Shown: piece by piece, positions 1 through 13,371 of the stretch
Layout: every line of letters starts with the position of its first letter
How positions within the stretch are numbered: position 1 is the first letter of the stretch
Source: Pavona decussata
Taxonomy: Eukaryota
Length of the DNA: 64,000 nt
Assembly: GCA_977016875.1 (NCBI GenBank)
Contig: CDRNST010000090.1
Span: 3,224,001 to 3,288,000 of the forward strand
Direction of reading: 5' to 3'
Made by a program: the position numbers and the translations under genes
Notes under the pieces: generated by a model
Databases searched by the model: none
What the model was told of the DNA's origin: nothing
The model's input: the letters and a program-made list of their open reading frames with translations, nothing else

Positions 1-429
1 AGTAGCATCATTTGCACCCGAGCAGAGCAGGGGTTCAAATGATGCTACTCAGGTCACAAATAAACTATACGCCCGACAAAATTCATGCGATTATCATTAT
101 TATCAATACACGGGGCCAAATTCATTTAATAAGAAAAAAATGTTTAACAGAGATGTAGCATGAAACTATGGTATGGAAAGTTGTTGCTACAATACGATGA
201 GCAAAAAGATAAATTTTATTTAAAAGATACTAGTCTTCTTGTTCACAGGCAATGGACTCAAGCTGTCTTTGCCAATTTCATTAAATAAGTGACGGATTTT
301 AGTTGCTATCATTGCTCTCAATTATTTGGTGGCATTTGTGGGTTGGTGACCACGGAGAAGAGACTGTGGGTTTAAGTTTGAACTGGGACCAGCTGACAGG
401 CCGAGACATTTTGCCTTGTGATTCCTGAA

Positions 430-900
430 GCTTCTTGCTAAATAGCAAGTTGTGGCTGAAATGTGTCACTTAAAATCTTTGAACACCCTTTTTTTTGTGC
501 ACTTGTTGTCTCGCTGATGTGGTGGGAAGGGTGTGTTCATCTTTATGCTTTGTGATTGCACAGATTTTCCTTGCCGCCACACTTTGCTGGAACAAAGAAG
601 TGATGGTCGATGCACAAATGCAGTGATTTGTGTACAGCTCAGATAACTCTGCTTTGATAAAAATCCTTTCCATCATCTTGCTGATGGTATTTTTTCCCAG
701 AGGCTCATTTCTGTACCAGTGTTGGGCACTTGCAAAGTTCATAAATTCTTGAAGGTAGCTTTGTTTGGAGTCTGAAAAAGTGCCTTGTGGTTGGAATGGG
801 TCTTGGTGAGGTAAAATTCAAATGCAGCCACTGGATCAACTGCAGTTGAGGTTTCCTACAAACGAACATCTGAGTGTGACTGCTCAGAATGTTTAACGCC
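430..900 (-). pseudogene. Crypton-type tyrosine recombinase, C-terminal relic (frameshifted)
   Basis: ORF 470..742 has WY.N.PLGKNTISKMM..I..KAELS..YTNHCI(C/R)ASTITSL...ITKHK, matching the H-x-x-R and GH(K) catalytic region of Crypton/DUF3504 recombinases. Boundaries are approximate. Confidence 0.7.
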
Positions 901-984
901 TCTTTGTTAATTTTTAGTTTGTTCAGTAAGTAAATAAAGAAAACATACAAACAAAAACAAACCTTATCAGTGATTCTCTGTACA

Positions 985-3030
985 ATTAAGTCCAAAAAGG
1001 TAACTAATATCAAGTGCCTTTCCTTTAACATTCACCTTCTCCCAAAAAAGCCCAATTGCTGCATCATTCCATAAAGTTTCTAGGGTTTTAACTGTAAGTG
1101 TTGCCATCTTCTGGCCTTCTGCTGCAGAAACATTTGGGCTTTGCAAAGCCTTGTGTCGTAAGAGGCATTCCCCAAGCATTACTCCAAACAGGAAGCCAAA
1201 TTTTCTCATAAATAGAGAAACGCCTCTTACCCTGCTTCGCATCTCGGTGTCTTTGACATAGTCAAGAGCTTCATCCCAAACTGTTAGGAGAATATTAAAA
1301 TTTGAGATTATGGAATGGAGGCAATCTGCCTTAACTGTCCATCTAGTTGGACATAAGACCCTCATTCCTGGAGAGCTGGAATTTCCAAGTCTATCTTTAA
1401 TACTTAGGAAAAGAGCATCACGGCGAGGAGATTCTTTAATAAGGACGGAGATTTCTTTCTTTCAAAACATCCAGCGCATGTTCAACAATGGACAGCGTTT
1501 AATTGCATCTGAACAAGCCAGATTTAGTGCATGTTCATAGCAATGTGTATACACAACTCTCGGCTCCAGTGAACGAACCTTAACAGCTACACCATTTTTG
1601 GATCCTGGCATGGAGGCAGGCATATCATAACATTGTTCTCTTACTTTTGTAAATGATAGATTTAATCACTTCAAAATTTCTTCGATAAATTTAAAGATTG
1701 TCACTGCCTCTGTATTTGGTATTTCATAGACCTAAAAATTTCTTGTGAGCATTGAATTTGTCATCCACCCATCGCAAACAAGTGACAAGTTGTTCTTTGT
1801 TTGATTTGTCAACAGATTCGTCGGCCATAATTGCATAGAAGGGGCTTGTTTGAATGGATGAAACAATGTTTCTCAGTATTCTGTTTGCCATGATGCCTAT
1901 AACACTATTCTGGACTGCTGGCGATGTGTACTTGTCAGTCTTTCTCTCTCTATCCAGGCTTTAAGAAGATAATTTCTCTTGACCTTAACACAAGTAGCTG
2001 ATGAATGTTTGAATTCTGTTCATCACCATCACCTCTAAGGGCTAACTCTTGAGCTAAAAACTGTAAATTTGATACTATCGTAAAAAAGCAACGCCTGTTC
2101 TCACGTTTTTGTTTGGTGTGCAAGGTAGATAATGATTCTCCCACATCCGTAGTTGTCTTGGGTGCAACATAGAGATGCTGTATGGCTTCGATGTGGCGCT
2201 TAAATCTTTCATGACTTGAAAACTTGACAGTAGCGTTTTTCCAGAAGCATTCATCAGCTCAAATTCGTTATATGCCTTGGTACAAACAAAGCAGAATGCG
2301 CTGTCGTTGACCTCATCATAGTGAAGCCAGGTACACTTCTTAAACCAGCTAGACTGGAATGCTCGTTTTTTTTTTTCCCATTCGCTGTCTCAGGGAATTT
2401 CTTCACAGGTTGATGCGGCAAGTCACCGATAGGAGGTGTAATCCATCTTTGGTAACTGGAAGAAGGCAAATCCAGTATATAATCTTTGCACAGAGATGCA
2501 GATGTAGAAGTATCCAGCCCGTCATCCTTGGGCAAAGGCCTGTCCTTACAGGAAGAGCCAGTCTCCAACGTTGAAGTGTTCTGACCGGCGTTCTCACTAC
2601 TCTTGTTCAAGGGGTTAGGGACAGAAGTATTCTGACTGCAATTCTTGTTGGATAGCTTAGGCACAGATGTTGAACCATTCTGACCGCTACTCTTTTTCCA
2701 AAGGTTAGGCAAAGACGTTGAAGAATTCAGATAAATATGACAATGTGTTTAGTGATGTAGATGTCGAGGCGGTCTGCTTGTTACCCTTGTGGGAGTCATT
2801 TGTGCTCAGAGACACAGATGTTGCCTTGTTATCCTGCCTTTGAGACTGCGTTGGATAAGAATTCTGGGTAGGTCAGAAATACGGTTGTTGGATCTCTTCT
2901 GCCGACACCTTCTTTGTATGTTTGGTTACAAGAAAACTCTTCAATGTTGATTGCTTCCTCGACTTTTTTGAGTTACTTTTATCCACCCCAAATCAGATTC
3001 ATCGCTATCCTTTCTCTTTACCTAATATGG
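985..3030 (-). pseudogene. hAT transposase relic (ZMYM1-like), frameshifted and 3' truncated
   Basis: LCPTRWTVKADCL (967..1365) and LQFLAQELALRGDGDEQNSNIHQLL (1950..2144), with hAT core fragments between them and a low-complexity N-terminus (2254..2712). Confidence 0.8.
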
Positions 3031-3780
3031 TTATTCAATATAGCTACAAAGTGATTTGGTTGGAACTTTCTCCCTGGTGTCGTGTCTAGTGAATTGTCTG
3101 GATCTGGTCCACAAAAGGTGAAGAAATCGTGGGGTAGACTGTGTTGAAGGGTCTTTGCAGAAAATGGGGCCATTTAAAATTGGCCATTAGTTACAGGTAA
3201 CCTTTAGGTAAACAGAAATAATGCTACGGTAACTCTTGAGAATTTCAGCTAAGCGCAAATCTGGAGTAGACCACACCATCTGTAATGTACACAGGTATAA
3301 AGGGCCTCATACTGGATAGCTTCGACAAGATTTTTTTGCTCCTGGTATTTATGAAATGCATCTTTTGATAGCAAAATATGAACATAAACGGAGTCGTGCG
3401 CTTTAGCTCTTGATAGCACTTCTTTCATTTTTGGCTTAGAGATTGTATAATCATTATCATGAAGATATAACTCGACGTAAGCATGCATAGACAATCTGCC
3501 AGAGACTCGTCACCATGAAGGAACAGAGAAGTGGAATTGAATAGGCAGTTCCCATTTCCTGTTGTCTCAAATGCTACACTTTCATTAAATAAAGATGGAA
3601 AGTCACTTGGTATCAAAGTTGTGGACAGATGGTCTTTTCTTTTTGCTTGGCCAAATGCATGAAGTTGGACATGCTGCGTTAAATGTCACGAAGTTTTCTA
3701 TCAATCTTCTTGATCAATCTTGATATAAGAAACGTTTCCTGATTTGATTTCTTGGCAAAGAAGTTCCATGTTATTGATAT
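3030..3780 (-). pseudogene. Vertnin-like OTU cysteine-protease domain relic, directly upstream of the hAT relic
   Basis: FETTGNGNCLFNSTSLFLHGDES (catalytic Cys motif, ORF 3425..3616) and FQPNHFVA (His motif, ~3040-3065) on the same strand. Confidence 0.6.
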
Positions 3781-4087
3781 CAAGTTGCTAAGAGATCTTT
3801 AAATCTGATAAAAGAAAATTATGTCACAATTGCCGGGCTGTAAAAGTAAACTCCAACTGAATGTTTGTGCCTGAATTTGTAGGTTTATCTTCTCTTTAAC
3901 TTTGAAGAACACCACGCACTGCAGAAAATGCTCAATACAGACACAACAGAAATGGAATCCTAAAAATAGCTTTTATAAGAGAACTAGTCAAGAGAAACCT
4001 GACAGCTTGGGTCCAATAAAAATAAAGATAAGTGGAAATTTCGTGTTTGAATGCGCATCGTGTGTACCACGTAAAATATTCTAATAG

Positions 4088-4895
4088 CAGGGCAGGAAAC
4101 TTTCTTCTCAATTCGCTTGTCCATTCGGACAAGTGCAATGTGTATTTTACTTGTCCGAACCACAAAACTACTTGCCCAAAAAATCCGACAAACTTTTTTC
4201 AATGGCCTGTCCTCCCGTTTCTGGTCATTTAGCGATCTGGTATGGCAAACAACATGGCGTCGACTTTTTGAATGGGCTGTCAGTGTTTCCCTTCTGAATC
4301 TTTGAACTCCATCTCCACATCTGATGTACATTGGGCTGCTTTTATCAGCTAGTTCTGGATACTTCGAGCAATGCATTTGTCTGTTTGTTCCTCATAACAA
4401 ACCAACTTGAACTCTTTCTGCTAACCTGGCTGAAATTTTCTGACCCGCTTTGCCTCAGCTTTTTTCTTGTCATCTTCGTTTCTTTTCTTTTTGGAAGGAA
4501 CATCCACGTCAATGCTGCCAGGTGTTTCAATTTCAATAATGTTGATTGAGACGAAGACATTGTTGATACGCTCCACAAGCGACAAAAAAAGGTAGCCTGA
4601 CAAGCACGTGTTCTCATGCGCCTGCAATTATGCTGTACAGCTGGACTCACATGGAAATTAATGGCGGCAGGCATAGCAAAACACACAACTTACGCGAAAT
4701 AGCTACTTTTTTATGGCAGTAAGTCATCAAATATGGAAAGAATGATTCATTCTATATCCAAAGTCAAGAAAAAAGTTCATTAATTTTTTCCTACAACGTG
4801 GTCGCCCAGTGGGACAAGTTGGATCATATTTTTTCTTGTCCGAATGGAAAAGCTACCCGTCTCGGACGTTCGGATGGCCTAAGTTTGCTGCCCTG
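4088..4895 (-). mobile_element. Internally deleted hAT element with 5-bp TSD (hAT5-like), 808 bp
   Basis: TIRs cagggcaggaaact / agtttgctgccctg (13/14 match). TSD AATAG at 4083-4087 and 4896-4900. Retains only the N-terminal Zn-finger (CSKYP...FRRETLTAHSKSRRH). Confidence 0.85.
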
Positions 4896-6127
4896 AATAG
4901 TCTGGCTCAATCATGACAGCTTGTTGCCACAACCTCCGGCCATTTTTTAGTTAGCTTAGTAATCAAAACAAATAGTTTCGGTGTCTGTTGCGGTGTAAAA
5001 GTATTTTCTTCCATTAAAATACAAAAAATAATGATTAATATAGAAACTGGTTGTGACAATTACCTACCTCAGTCCAGAATAATAGAGAGCACTGGGGGAC
5101 TGTTGTGCAGGAGAAACAGGTTCTTCTGGGTCGTCCTGCCTGAACATATCTTTAATCAAACAGGATGAGGTGTTGTCCAATAGGGCGCTGTCCCCTTGTT
5201 CTGGGACATGTTTGTGCGCCTCTACGCTTGGTTCTGGACGGCCGGGATTGTGCCCGACGCTTCAGTGACTTGCAGCAAGACTCGCTTCGCTGGCAAGATC
5301 TTCCTGTCTTTTCCTGTGCTGTTTGATTTCAAATGCGGACAGAGCCGGTGGTCCCTGACAGGGCTGTCTTGATACGGGCGAGGAGCTGCCCTTTAGAGCC
5401 AGATATCGGGAGGTCCAGGGCTTGAAGGCGAAGCTGCAGGACCTCACGTTAATGGACTGAAAGATCTTCGCATTGGGCGGATGAATGTTTGGTGGTCAAA
5501 GCAACGTGAGGATGAACCATGGTAAAAAACTTTTAACAAATTGACAGCAAATACTGACTACATTGCACAACAGAACTGCAAATTGAACCTTGAACAGTTT
5601 ATTTGGGCTTTTATTGCTAGACAGTGTCTGCTTACTTAGCCAGTAGTTTAAGCTGTACTATACAGCAGCTTGGCTTTACACGTGTACTTATCAAGTTATG
5701 AATTAGGCCTTAATACTTTCGGCCAATGCAAATAAATGTTACATTAAGCTAAGGACAACAAAGCCATAATGTTGTGAGCTAGGCCACGAAACTATTGATT
5801 TTGCTGACCTTGAAAGCATGACTACACAGTAGCTCCGTTGAAAGGAACCTGCCATGAATGGCTCACTGAGAATGAGTAACGCGCTCGAGTCAGGTCCATT
5901 AACAATATTTTACAGATCTGTCTGTTAAATCTAATTGAAACTATATATCAGAGTAAAGCTTATAAAACAGATTTTGAAAATAATACATTTCTGGGACTTG
6001 TATTCATTGTAACATGACACATGCCAAATATACCCACCTCATGCTGTGCATAACCAAGATGTACTTGAGAAAAAAATGCTTGTCATAGATTTTATAAAAT
6101 TAAGTAATTTTGGTATTAATCCAAAGA

Positions 6128-6263
6128 ATAGAGTGTGTGCACAACGGCCATGTTGGAGGACCAAAACAATACCATGATTTTCCTTTGGGAAATATATTCT
6201 ATTGTTATGCAACATCTTCTATTGTTTTAGTCCTCCAACTTGGCCGCCGTGCACACACTCTAT
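6128..6263. mobile_element. Small MITE / foldback repeat
   Basis: Inverted ends atagagtgtgtgcac...gtgcacacactctat, with inner arms gttggaggac / gtcctccaac. Confidence 0.7.
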
Positions 6264-6725
6264 AGATACCACTCTGTGGAATAAGCAGACAACTTTTTTT
6301 TGGAAGCAAAAACAAGTTGCTCAGTACCAGTTCAAATTTTACTATGATTTTTCAGGTCACATTTTGTTTAAAAAAAACTTGCCTTAAAGTGAACATATCT
6401 GCTCATCCCACACAACCCATTGAGAACAATCAGCCCTGAAAATTTGAGATCAATCCAGTAAATACACCTTGAGAAATCTTTTCTTAAAAGCATTAAATAG
6501 GCATTTTGAGAACACTAACTTAAAAGTGTCGTGCGCAAATAAATGGGCAACAAGGAAATAATAGCTCATAATCAAAGGCTGACACAATGAGAGTGTACAG
6601 CCAGTGCCATATATAATGGACAACGACTACACAAATAATAGCTCAAAATCAAAGGCTGACACAATCATATGAAGGCTTGGCTAACATGATATCAAAGGAA
6701 CTGGCCAGGGATAACAAAACGTATA

Positions 6726-7215
6726 TTATGAGGATAAAGAAGTGTTACTTGGCATCGAACCTACAAAGGACTGCAAAGATTTGAGTACTGCCCCTCTAAG
6801 ACTCCGATAAAGCTTATATTGCCCCCTACTATTGAAACGAATGCCATCAGAAGTGAAAAAATTATTTTTTGACTTCCAAAAACCCCTATGACCCCAATAT
6901 ATGGCATAAGGGATGGGTTCCAAAAGCACCCGGAGGAAACGTGTGAAGTGTCTGTTTTTGTTGGATGCTTGAGCTGAACAGCGACAAATAGTTTGACGTA
7001 CACAGACAAACTGTATGTCGTAATAGTCGTGCAACAAATGCACAAAGTTCTCAATTACTGAGCAATCTTGGAGAGGAGGACACAAAGATAAATCATTAGT
7101 ACCAAGTTGCACAACAACGATGTCAGGGCAGATAGAGTGTACGACTTTCATGTCATATTTTAACATTTTAGCCACTGTACGTCTGCCAACGCCGTGCCAA
7201 CTTATAGCAACCAGC
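6726..7215 (-). pseudogene. SGNH/GDSL hydrolase ORF of retrotransposon type (Ngaro/DIRS or LINE ORF1 esterase), 5' truncated
   Basis: WHGVG, DIVVVQLGTNDL (block III) and DGIRFN (degenerate DGxH block V). Confidence 0.65.
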
Positions 7216-7400
7216 ACCAATATTTTGGTTGTAATGCTTGTTTGTTTCCCTCACCAAAAGCTCCCATATACTGTCCATAAACAGTATATCAAAGAACTTT
7301 CGTTCACGAGTTGTATCGATGTTTGGGAACCTTGGAGTTCGGCCTGGATTTGGTTCCAAAAAATGAAGGCATCTGTACCTCTGTGTATTCATCATGCCAG
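7216..7400 (-). pseudogene. piggyBac transposase N-terminal fragment
   Basis: FFDILFMDSIWELLVRETNKHY matches the piggyBac F.LFF.....IV.ETN.YA motif. Confidence 0.6.
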
Positions 7401-8718
7401 TCAATGTTAAGCTCCAGTGGGCCTTGATGTTGTCCAGCACTTCCACATCTAGCTCCTTGTCCCCTGCCTTTTGCTCTGCCCCTTCCTCTTGCCTGCCTAA
7501 CAGGACTTCTGTCACGGTTTCTAGGTCCACTGTTTTCTAAATATAATGAATGAAACCTGTAGATATATAGCTAAACTAATAAAACTGGTGTATAACAATC
7601 ATTCAAAGTATACTTAATCCTGATCAAAATCTTCAGTGCACAAACATAATTACATTTCTTTCTCCTTAATGAATTATGATTGCTTTCACTGATCAATAGT
7701 AACAGCAATTACTTTAACCCAATAACGGCCAACCGGCCAAAATCGGCCGCGAATCCTCGCGGGCTTGTGCAAGGGTTTATAACTCCCCTAGAAGGGATAA
7801 TTTTGTCCTTTATTGTTCTAATTGTCTTTGGAAAAGACTGACCAATCAGAATCCACCGACTGCGCATATATTTTTTGGTCTTAGTGGAGTCTAGACACAA
7901 AAAGGTTTTTGTCGTCCGAAAAATATCGGATTTCAGCCATCATGGCGGGCCACATGCTTTATGCTTAAATATTCACAACGCCAATTTCGCGTTTTCAGAA
8001 GGAAAACACAACTTTTTGAAACGGTAAATCGAAAGAGGAACTTTTAAGGAATACTCAACAGTTTCAACAGCGGAAATACAAGCATTAACGGCCGAGAAAT
8101 TATGCTTCGAGGAAAATTTGTAGTTTTACCAAGGCGACGAGCCGGCGGACATCTCAAATCATTGTTTTCGCCATGGACTTTCTTGGTGATGTTCGAGTGT
8201 TTCTCGCAATACAACTCACAAAGAATTACAGGTTTGATTGTGAATTTGTACTGAAATACTATTCTAATTGATTGATTCTTCGTATTCCGAACAGTTTTTG
8301 CAAAAGTTTTGAAAAACGTGCTCGGCACGGGTCGATAAATTCGCTTCAAAATTGACTCGCAATTGCTTCAAATCGCTTGCGAGTCGGTCGCCTCGCGGCA
8401 AAAATTATACGCGTTTTCTTCTAAGACCAATACAAAGACTTATTTGAATAAATTTTTCATTTAGGAAAGCTTTATTGCCTGTTTTTCTTTCTATTTTCAT
8501 TGATGAAACGTGATGACTGCCTAATCTTGCGTAAACAAACACGTCTTCTCGAGAGCGGATCAAATTACTTTCATGTGGCGCAAGGATCAAATTTCATCTA
8601 AATTTTCGAAATTTTTACCTTCAGGTTTGTTTTTCGAGTAATCTTTAATTTGCAGCTAGGGTATTTTATTCGACAATTAGAAATTCTAGCAATTCAAGAC
8701 CAAAGAAGGGCTGTTTCT

Positions 8719-11700
8719 CAGGGTTCTCAGTAGATTTTTGTACAGGTGGCTAATATATTGCAATAGGCGGCTACAAGGCCCGAAGGGCCGAGACCACGGC
8801 CCGGAGGGGCGTTTCTAGGGGGGGCCGGGGGCATGCCCCCCCCCCGGAAAATTTTTTCATTTTTAGCCCACAGAGCTGCGATTTCCTGCATTCTGGGAAA
8901 GAAATTGTGTATGTAGACCATTGAATTTACTCACCAAAAATGACTTGTTTATTAGCAGAAAATGTGATTATCAGGTATTTTAATAAGATCAGTTTGTATA
9001 AACAGGAAATATTTCTGCCATAAACCAACAGATTCTTTGTATTTTAATTCAATCAACGAAAGCAACTTGATTTCATGTGTTGAACAAAATAATTAGATCC
9101 TCATTAATAAGGAAAAATATATATATTAATAACATTCAAACTCAGAAATTGGTCTATAACTGTCAAAAATAGATTCATTGTATACACTTACAATTAAAAA
9201 AACCAACTATATTTCATTTCATATAATTAATATTAAACAATCACTTCACAAAAATTATATTCAAGTTATTATGTAATTGTAACGTAATTCTATATCATTG
9301 TTATCAGCAGCATATTATTCAAATATAATGTGTTGTAATGTGAATTCATTGAACTTTTATAAGAAAGACATGAGCTCTTCTTCCTCACTGTCTAATTCAG
9401 AGCCATCAGAATAGATTCCTTCATCGAAGAATCTGTTTGAGTCTGAGGCAAGATTTAGTTGTGTTGTGGCCACCGCAACTTCGTCTGCAACTGTGCTAAC
9501 TTCCATAAGCGCCTTTTGATCATTTTCTGGCTCCGTCTGTACAGCTGCTTCAGCACCAACACTTGCTGTAGGAACAGTGTGGTTTGCTGCCTCCTTGTTT
9601 GCAGTTGGAATGTGTCCAGCTGGAGCCCTGTCTCTTGGAAGCTTTCTCCTCTTCTTTTGAGTCTCCCAAAGCTCCACAGCAGCAGTCATCAGAGACTCGC
9701 ATTCTGGAGTGCCGACCTCTGGTCCATTAATGGTGATTGCCAAGAGTGTTTGAAGCATCTCTACTGACAACCTGTTCCTCTGTCTTGTCTTCATGCGCTT
9801 CAGGGCACTGCATCCACGCTCTGGCCAAGCATTCGATACAGGCATCGAAAGAGACACCTCAGCAATGTGAACCAGGGCTGGGAATACTAGGCTGTAGGAT
9901 GTTTGCAGCTTCATGAGTCGTGTGAGGCACCATTCAGTAGACGTCGTCTCATGGCTCTTCTTGACCTCATCTGGAATGGCAGGTTTCCAACTGGACAAGT
10001 CGTACTTGAACTTCTCCCATTCTGCAAAAAGCTGATGCTCTCTGGTGTCACCTGGATAGAAGTGCTTAGCCAAGATCTTCACTTCGCTTGCACCATAACT
10101 CTGAAAGCCAGGGGATCCAGGATTTGGAACAGCCAAAGGATCAAATATGCTGAAAGCACTCACTACTGGTAAGGCATCATCAAATCTGCGGTGGATGTTT
10201 TCCTTGAGTGATCTGACATATTTAACGAGCAGGTTTGAAAGCTGTTCCTCCATGGCAGGGGTAAGGCTAACTTCTGTCAGGTTCAAGCGTCCCTCTGGAA
10301 GAAGATCCTTCTTGAAATCAAGAATGGGCGACTTGCTTTGCATCACTTCATCCAGCTTGCCAAGAGTGTAATCAATGGAGGGCTTTATGTGGGAAAAACT
10401 TATCGTCCCCTTCTGAAAGGTCTTGCTGAGGGAAGAGAGGATGGGAAGGACAGCATTTAAGATGTAGATGGCTCCAATGAATTTTGCTGTCTTCACTTTG
10501 CTGAGGAGACCACATGCTACAGCATCATCATTTTTGAGCTGTCTCAGCGTTTGGAGAGCGGAGAAGTAGTCGTCGAAAAGTGCAGATGTGGCAGCGTGAA
10601 AAGAAAGCCATCTTGTTTGGCATGCTTTCTTGAGCTTCTTGCCAACGATTTTCTTGCCCTTGTCTGACAATTGAACTGATTTGACTTGGAGCTGGACTTT
10701 CATATACATGACCATGCGCTTTGGCGAGTTTTCAAACATCTTCCATAATTGTCTCAACCACAGTTCAATGTTCTTTATGTAGTCAATGTCGCTGGAGGTG
10801 TCAGTGCAGGCAAGGGCTAGCTTGTGGCACAAACAGTGAAATGTTATCACTTTGCTGTTGACTTCTTTAAGGCGGGTAGCTACTCCGGAACGTTCACCTG
10901 TCATGACAGAAGCTCCATCAGAGGCCATTGCGCTCAACTTTTGAAGCTCGAGTCCATACTCATTTAACTGTGTGGTTAAAATGTTAAAGATGGTTTCAGC
11001 ATTAGCAGATGAAGAATTCGTCAGGATGTCCTCGACAAACAAGAAGTGTGTTTCCACTTTTTCCGTCTTGGAATTGAAAAATTGGATGAAGGTTATTAGC
11101 ATTTCCATCACCGAGATATCTGTAACTTCGTCACTCAATAGACCATAACAGCCTGTCTCCTTTACATTCTTTAAAAGCCTTTTCGTGAGGGTCGTTCCAA
11201 TAGCGAGGAAAATGGATCTCACTGTCTCCTCTCCCGAATAGTTGAAGAACTTCATGTTTTCTGGGCTGACAATTTTGAGAAGGCCAATCAAGGAACTAAA
11301 TTTGCGATTTGCAATCTCCTCCTTAGCAAGCCAGTATGCAGCCAGAAAAGCATTCAACAATACTACATCCTTAACCTTCTCCTTCTCCGTTATTTCCTTG
11401 TGAAACAGAGAAACACGACTCATCATCTCTGCCTCAATGGCATCCTTGTGTTGCTGAGACGAGGAATGATCTTTGATGGCCGATTTTTTAAAACGCACAC
11501 TTGGGGTAGAATTGTAAACCTTTGATTTGTTTTTGACATTTTCAGTGTTATGTTTCTTACAAAGAAAACGGAACATTCCCTGTCCTTCTTCATACACAAG
11601 CCAAAAAAACCCTGTTGTTTGGCAGAATGCAAGACTTTTGTCTCCCAACCAGCTATGGACGAACCTGTCACGGCTACGACTTGATGTAAAACGAGATACT

Positions 11701-13038
11701 TCAGTCTCGGAAAGTTTATTGCAGTTGTTTTGTACACAAGCATAATGGTTGTGAAGGTGCAAATCAGAGGCTTCAGAAGTGAAAACCTTTTTCATCTCTT
11801 CATGCACTGCATGCCTGGCTTGTTCTTTAAGGACTCCCGTTTCAGTGCCTTGGTTTTCTGAATGAATCAGGCGTACTTCCGAACTTGAAGGGTTTTCTTG
11901 GGGAGCATCTTGAGCTGCAGAGCTTTCTGAAGGCTGCACCTCAGATGTACTAGATGATTCTCCTAATCATGCCACAAAAAACATAAACTACTTTTAGACA
12001 AGAAATATTTAAAACTTTTTATAATAAAAATTCAGCGCACAAATGTTCTTTTTCTTAATTGGTTATCATCGAATTACGCTTGTTTACAAGTGAAATTTGA
12101 TTTATCTTCCCTCCTAATTGAGTTAGCGCACTGACATTTTACTGTCTCCAAATTCTTGTTCACAATAAATTTGGTTTATTTTAAAAGGTGCTTTACATTT
12201 GTAAATAGTCTTTTGTGTTTCTTTTTTATTCGTGGCAATACGAATAGAATACGTGGAAATAACGAACAAACGTGCACGAGTGCACGTCGCTTGCGAAACG
12301 CGATGCGAAGAAAAATTTGCATAAACTTGTCTTTCATTGTGTGACGATAGCATAAACGGCGACAAAAAATTGTTAAAATCTACTTTACAGTTTTATTTAA
12401 TGAAGGCGGTTGTTAGGGAATAAGAACGTATGGAAATCGATCGTAATACTTTTCAAGAGCTACTTAAATTTGCACGGTTCATGCACTAATCTTTCAACAT
12501 TATAATCAGAGCTTTATAATTGGATTTATAGCAATAGAACTTACCGGAGTTACCGCCGCGTGAACTGTCTGAGCTGGCTTCTTTGGTCTTGTTCTTCTTT
12601 GTCGTTGGTGTAAAATAGCCGTAGATTGAGTTCTCTCGTTTTGACATTCTTAACTGGAAGAGCTAGCAAACTTGCAGTGAAAAGTTTGCCGCGTGTACGT
12701 GTGCAAGTATTGATTACGTAACTTCTTTGACAGCTCTTATCATCGATAGATAAACACTTGACGTGTTACAGTATCTTTTTTGACACGCACATTCAGCCAT
12801 GATTTCCGTACTTTCAGCGCGTATCAGGCACAATGCAAACACACTCCAGATGGCTGGGAAACTGATTCAAGTGTTGTGTAATGAATGAGCGATATTTTTA
12901 TTCCTTACAGCGCGTACAAGTTCATTTTTTTTTTAAGTTCACATGCGCAGGGAAATTTCAAAATCTCGCACGGGCGGCTACATTTGTCTCCACAGCCGGC
13001 GGAATTCCGCCGGTCGCCGGCTTCTACTGAGAACCCTG
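8719..13038 (-). mobile_element. Full-length, probably autonomous hAT transposon with 6-bp TSD (hAT6-like), 4320 bp
   Basis: Perfect 16-bp TIRs cagggttctcagtaga / tctactgagaaccctg. TSD GTTTCT at 8713-8718 and 13039-13044. Contains an uninterrupted transposase ORF. Confidence 0.95.
9357..12647 (-). CDS. hAT transposase (ZNF862-like), two exons: 12545-12647 and 9357-11962, ~902 aa
   Basis: 860-aa ORF with a Zn-finger, DEVTD, SDGASVM, HCLCHKLAL, TRWLS and the dimerisation motif PVSNAWPERG. An upstream ATG exon (MSKRENSIYGYF...) joins in frame through a phase-1 GT..AG intron at 11963-12544 with a T-rich acceptor tract. Confidence 0.9.
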
Positions 13039-13371
13039 GTTTCTTTTACCTAGTAAGTTGTCTATTTTTACTGCAAATTAGGTTAATAATTAACAATTTG
13101 CTAATTTGTGAAGTAATTTTATTTGTGGAAAACACGTGGCCGTTATTGGGTTAAAACTTAAACTTGACTTGGAGTTAACTTCTTGAACTTGCTTATGACG
13201 CGACAAAAAACTAAAACAGTTTGACTTTTTACTTGATTGCGCTGTCGCGTGCCCTGTTGTGATCAGGGAGAGCGTGCGCTATTAAATTACGTGTTATCTC
13301 GTGTAAGGAGAAACTTGATGTTGATTCATTAAAATTTGCACTTGTCTGAGGAGTTGCGATTGTTTATATTT

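Larger units (their letters stand above)
7718..13150. mobile_element. Non-autonomous piggyBac element (~1.1 kb) interrupted by the hAT at 8719-13038
   Basis: Perfect 14-bp TIRs cccaataacggcca / tggccgttattggg, each flanked by TTAA (7714-7717, 13151-13154). Confidence 0.85.

Noticed and set aside
5100-5460. GC-richer ORF-like segment (5262..5447)
   Set aside because: No recognisable motif; possibly a TE fragment but it cannot be assigned.
6726-7530. Novel piggyBac-SGNH hydrolase fusion gene
   Set aside because: Both halves are truncated and in different frames; this is best explained as a deletion junction between two relics.
9357-11939. Host ZNF862 gene
   Set aside because: It is enclosed by perfect TIRs and a TSD, and has decayed paralogues nearby, so it is a transposon.
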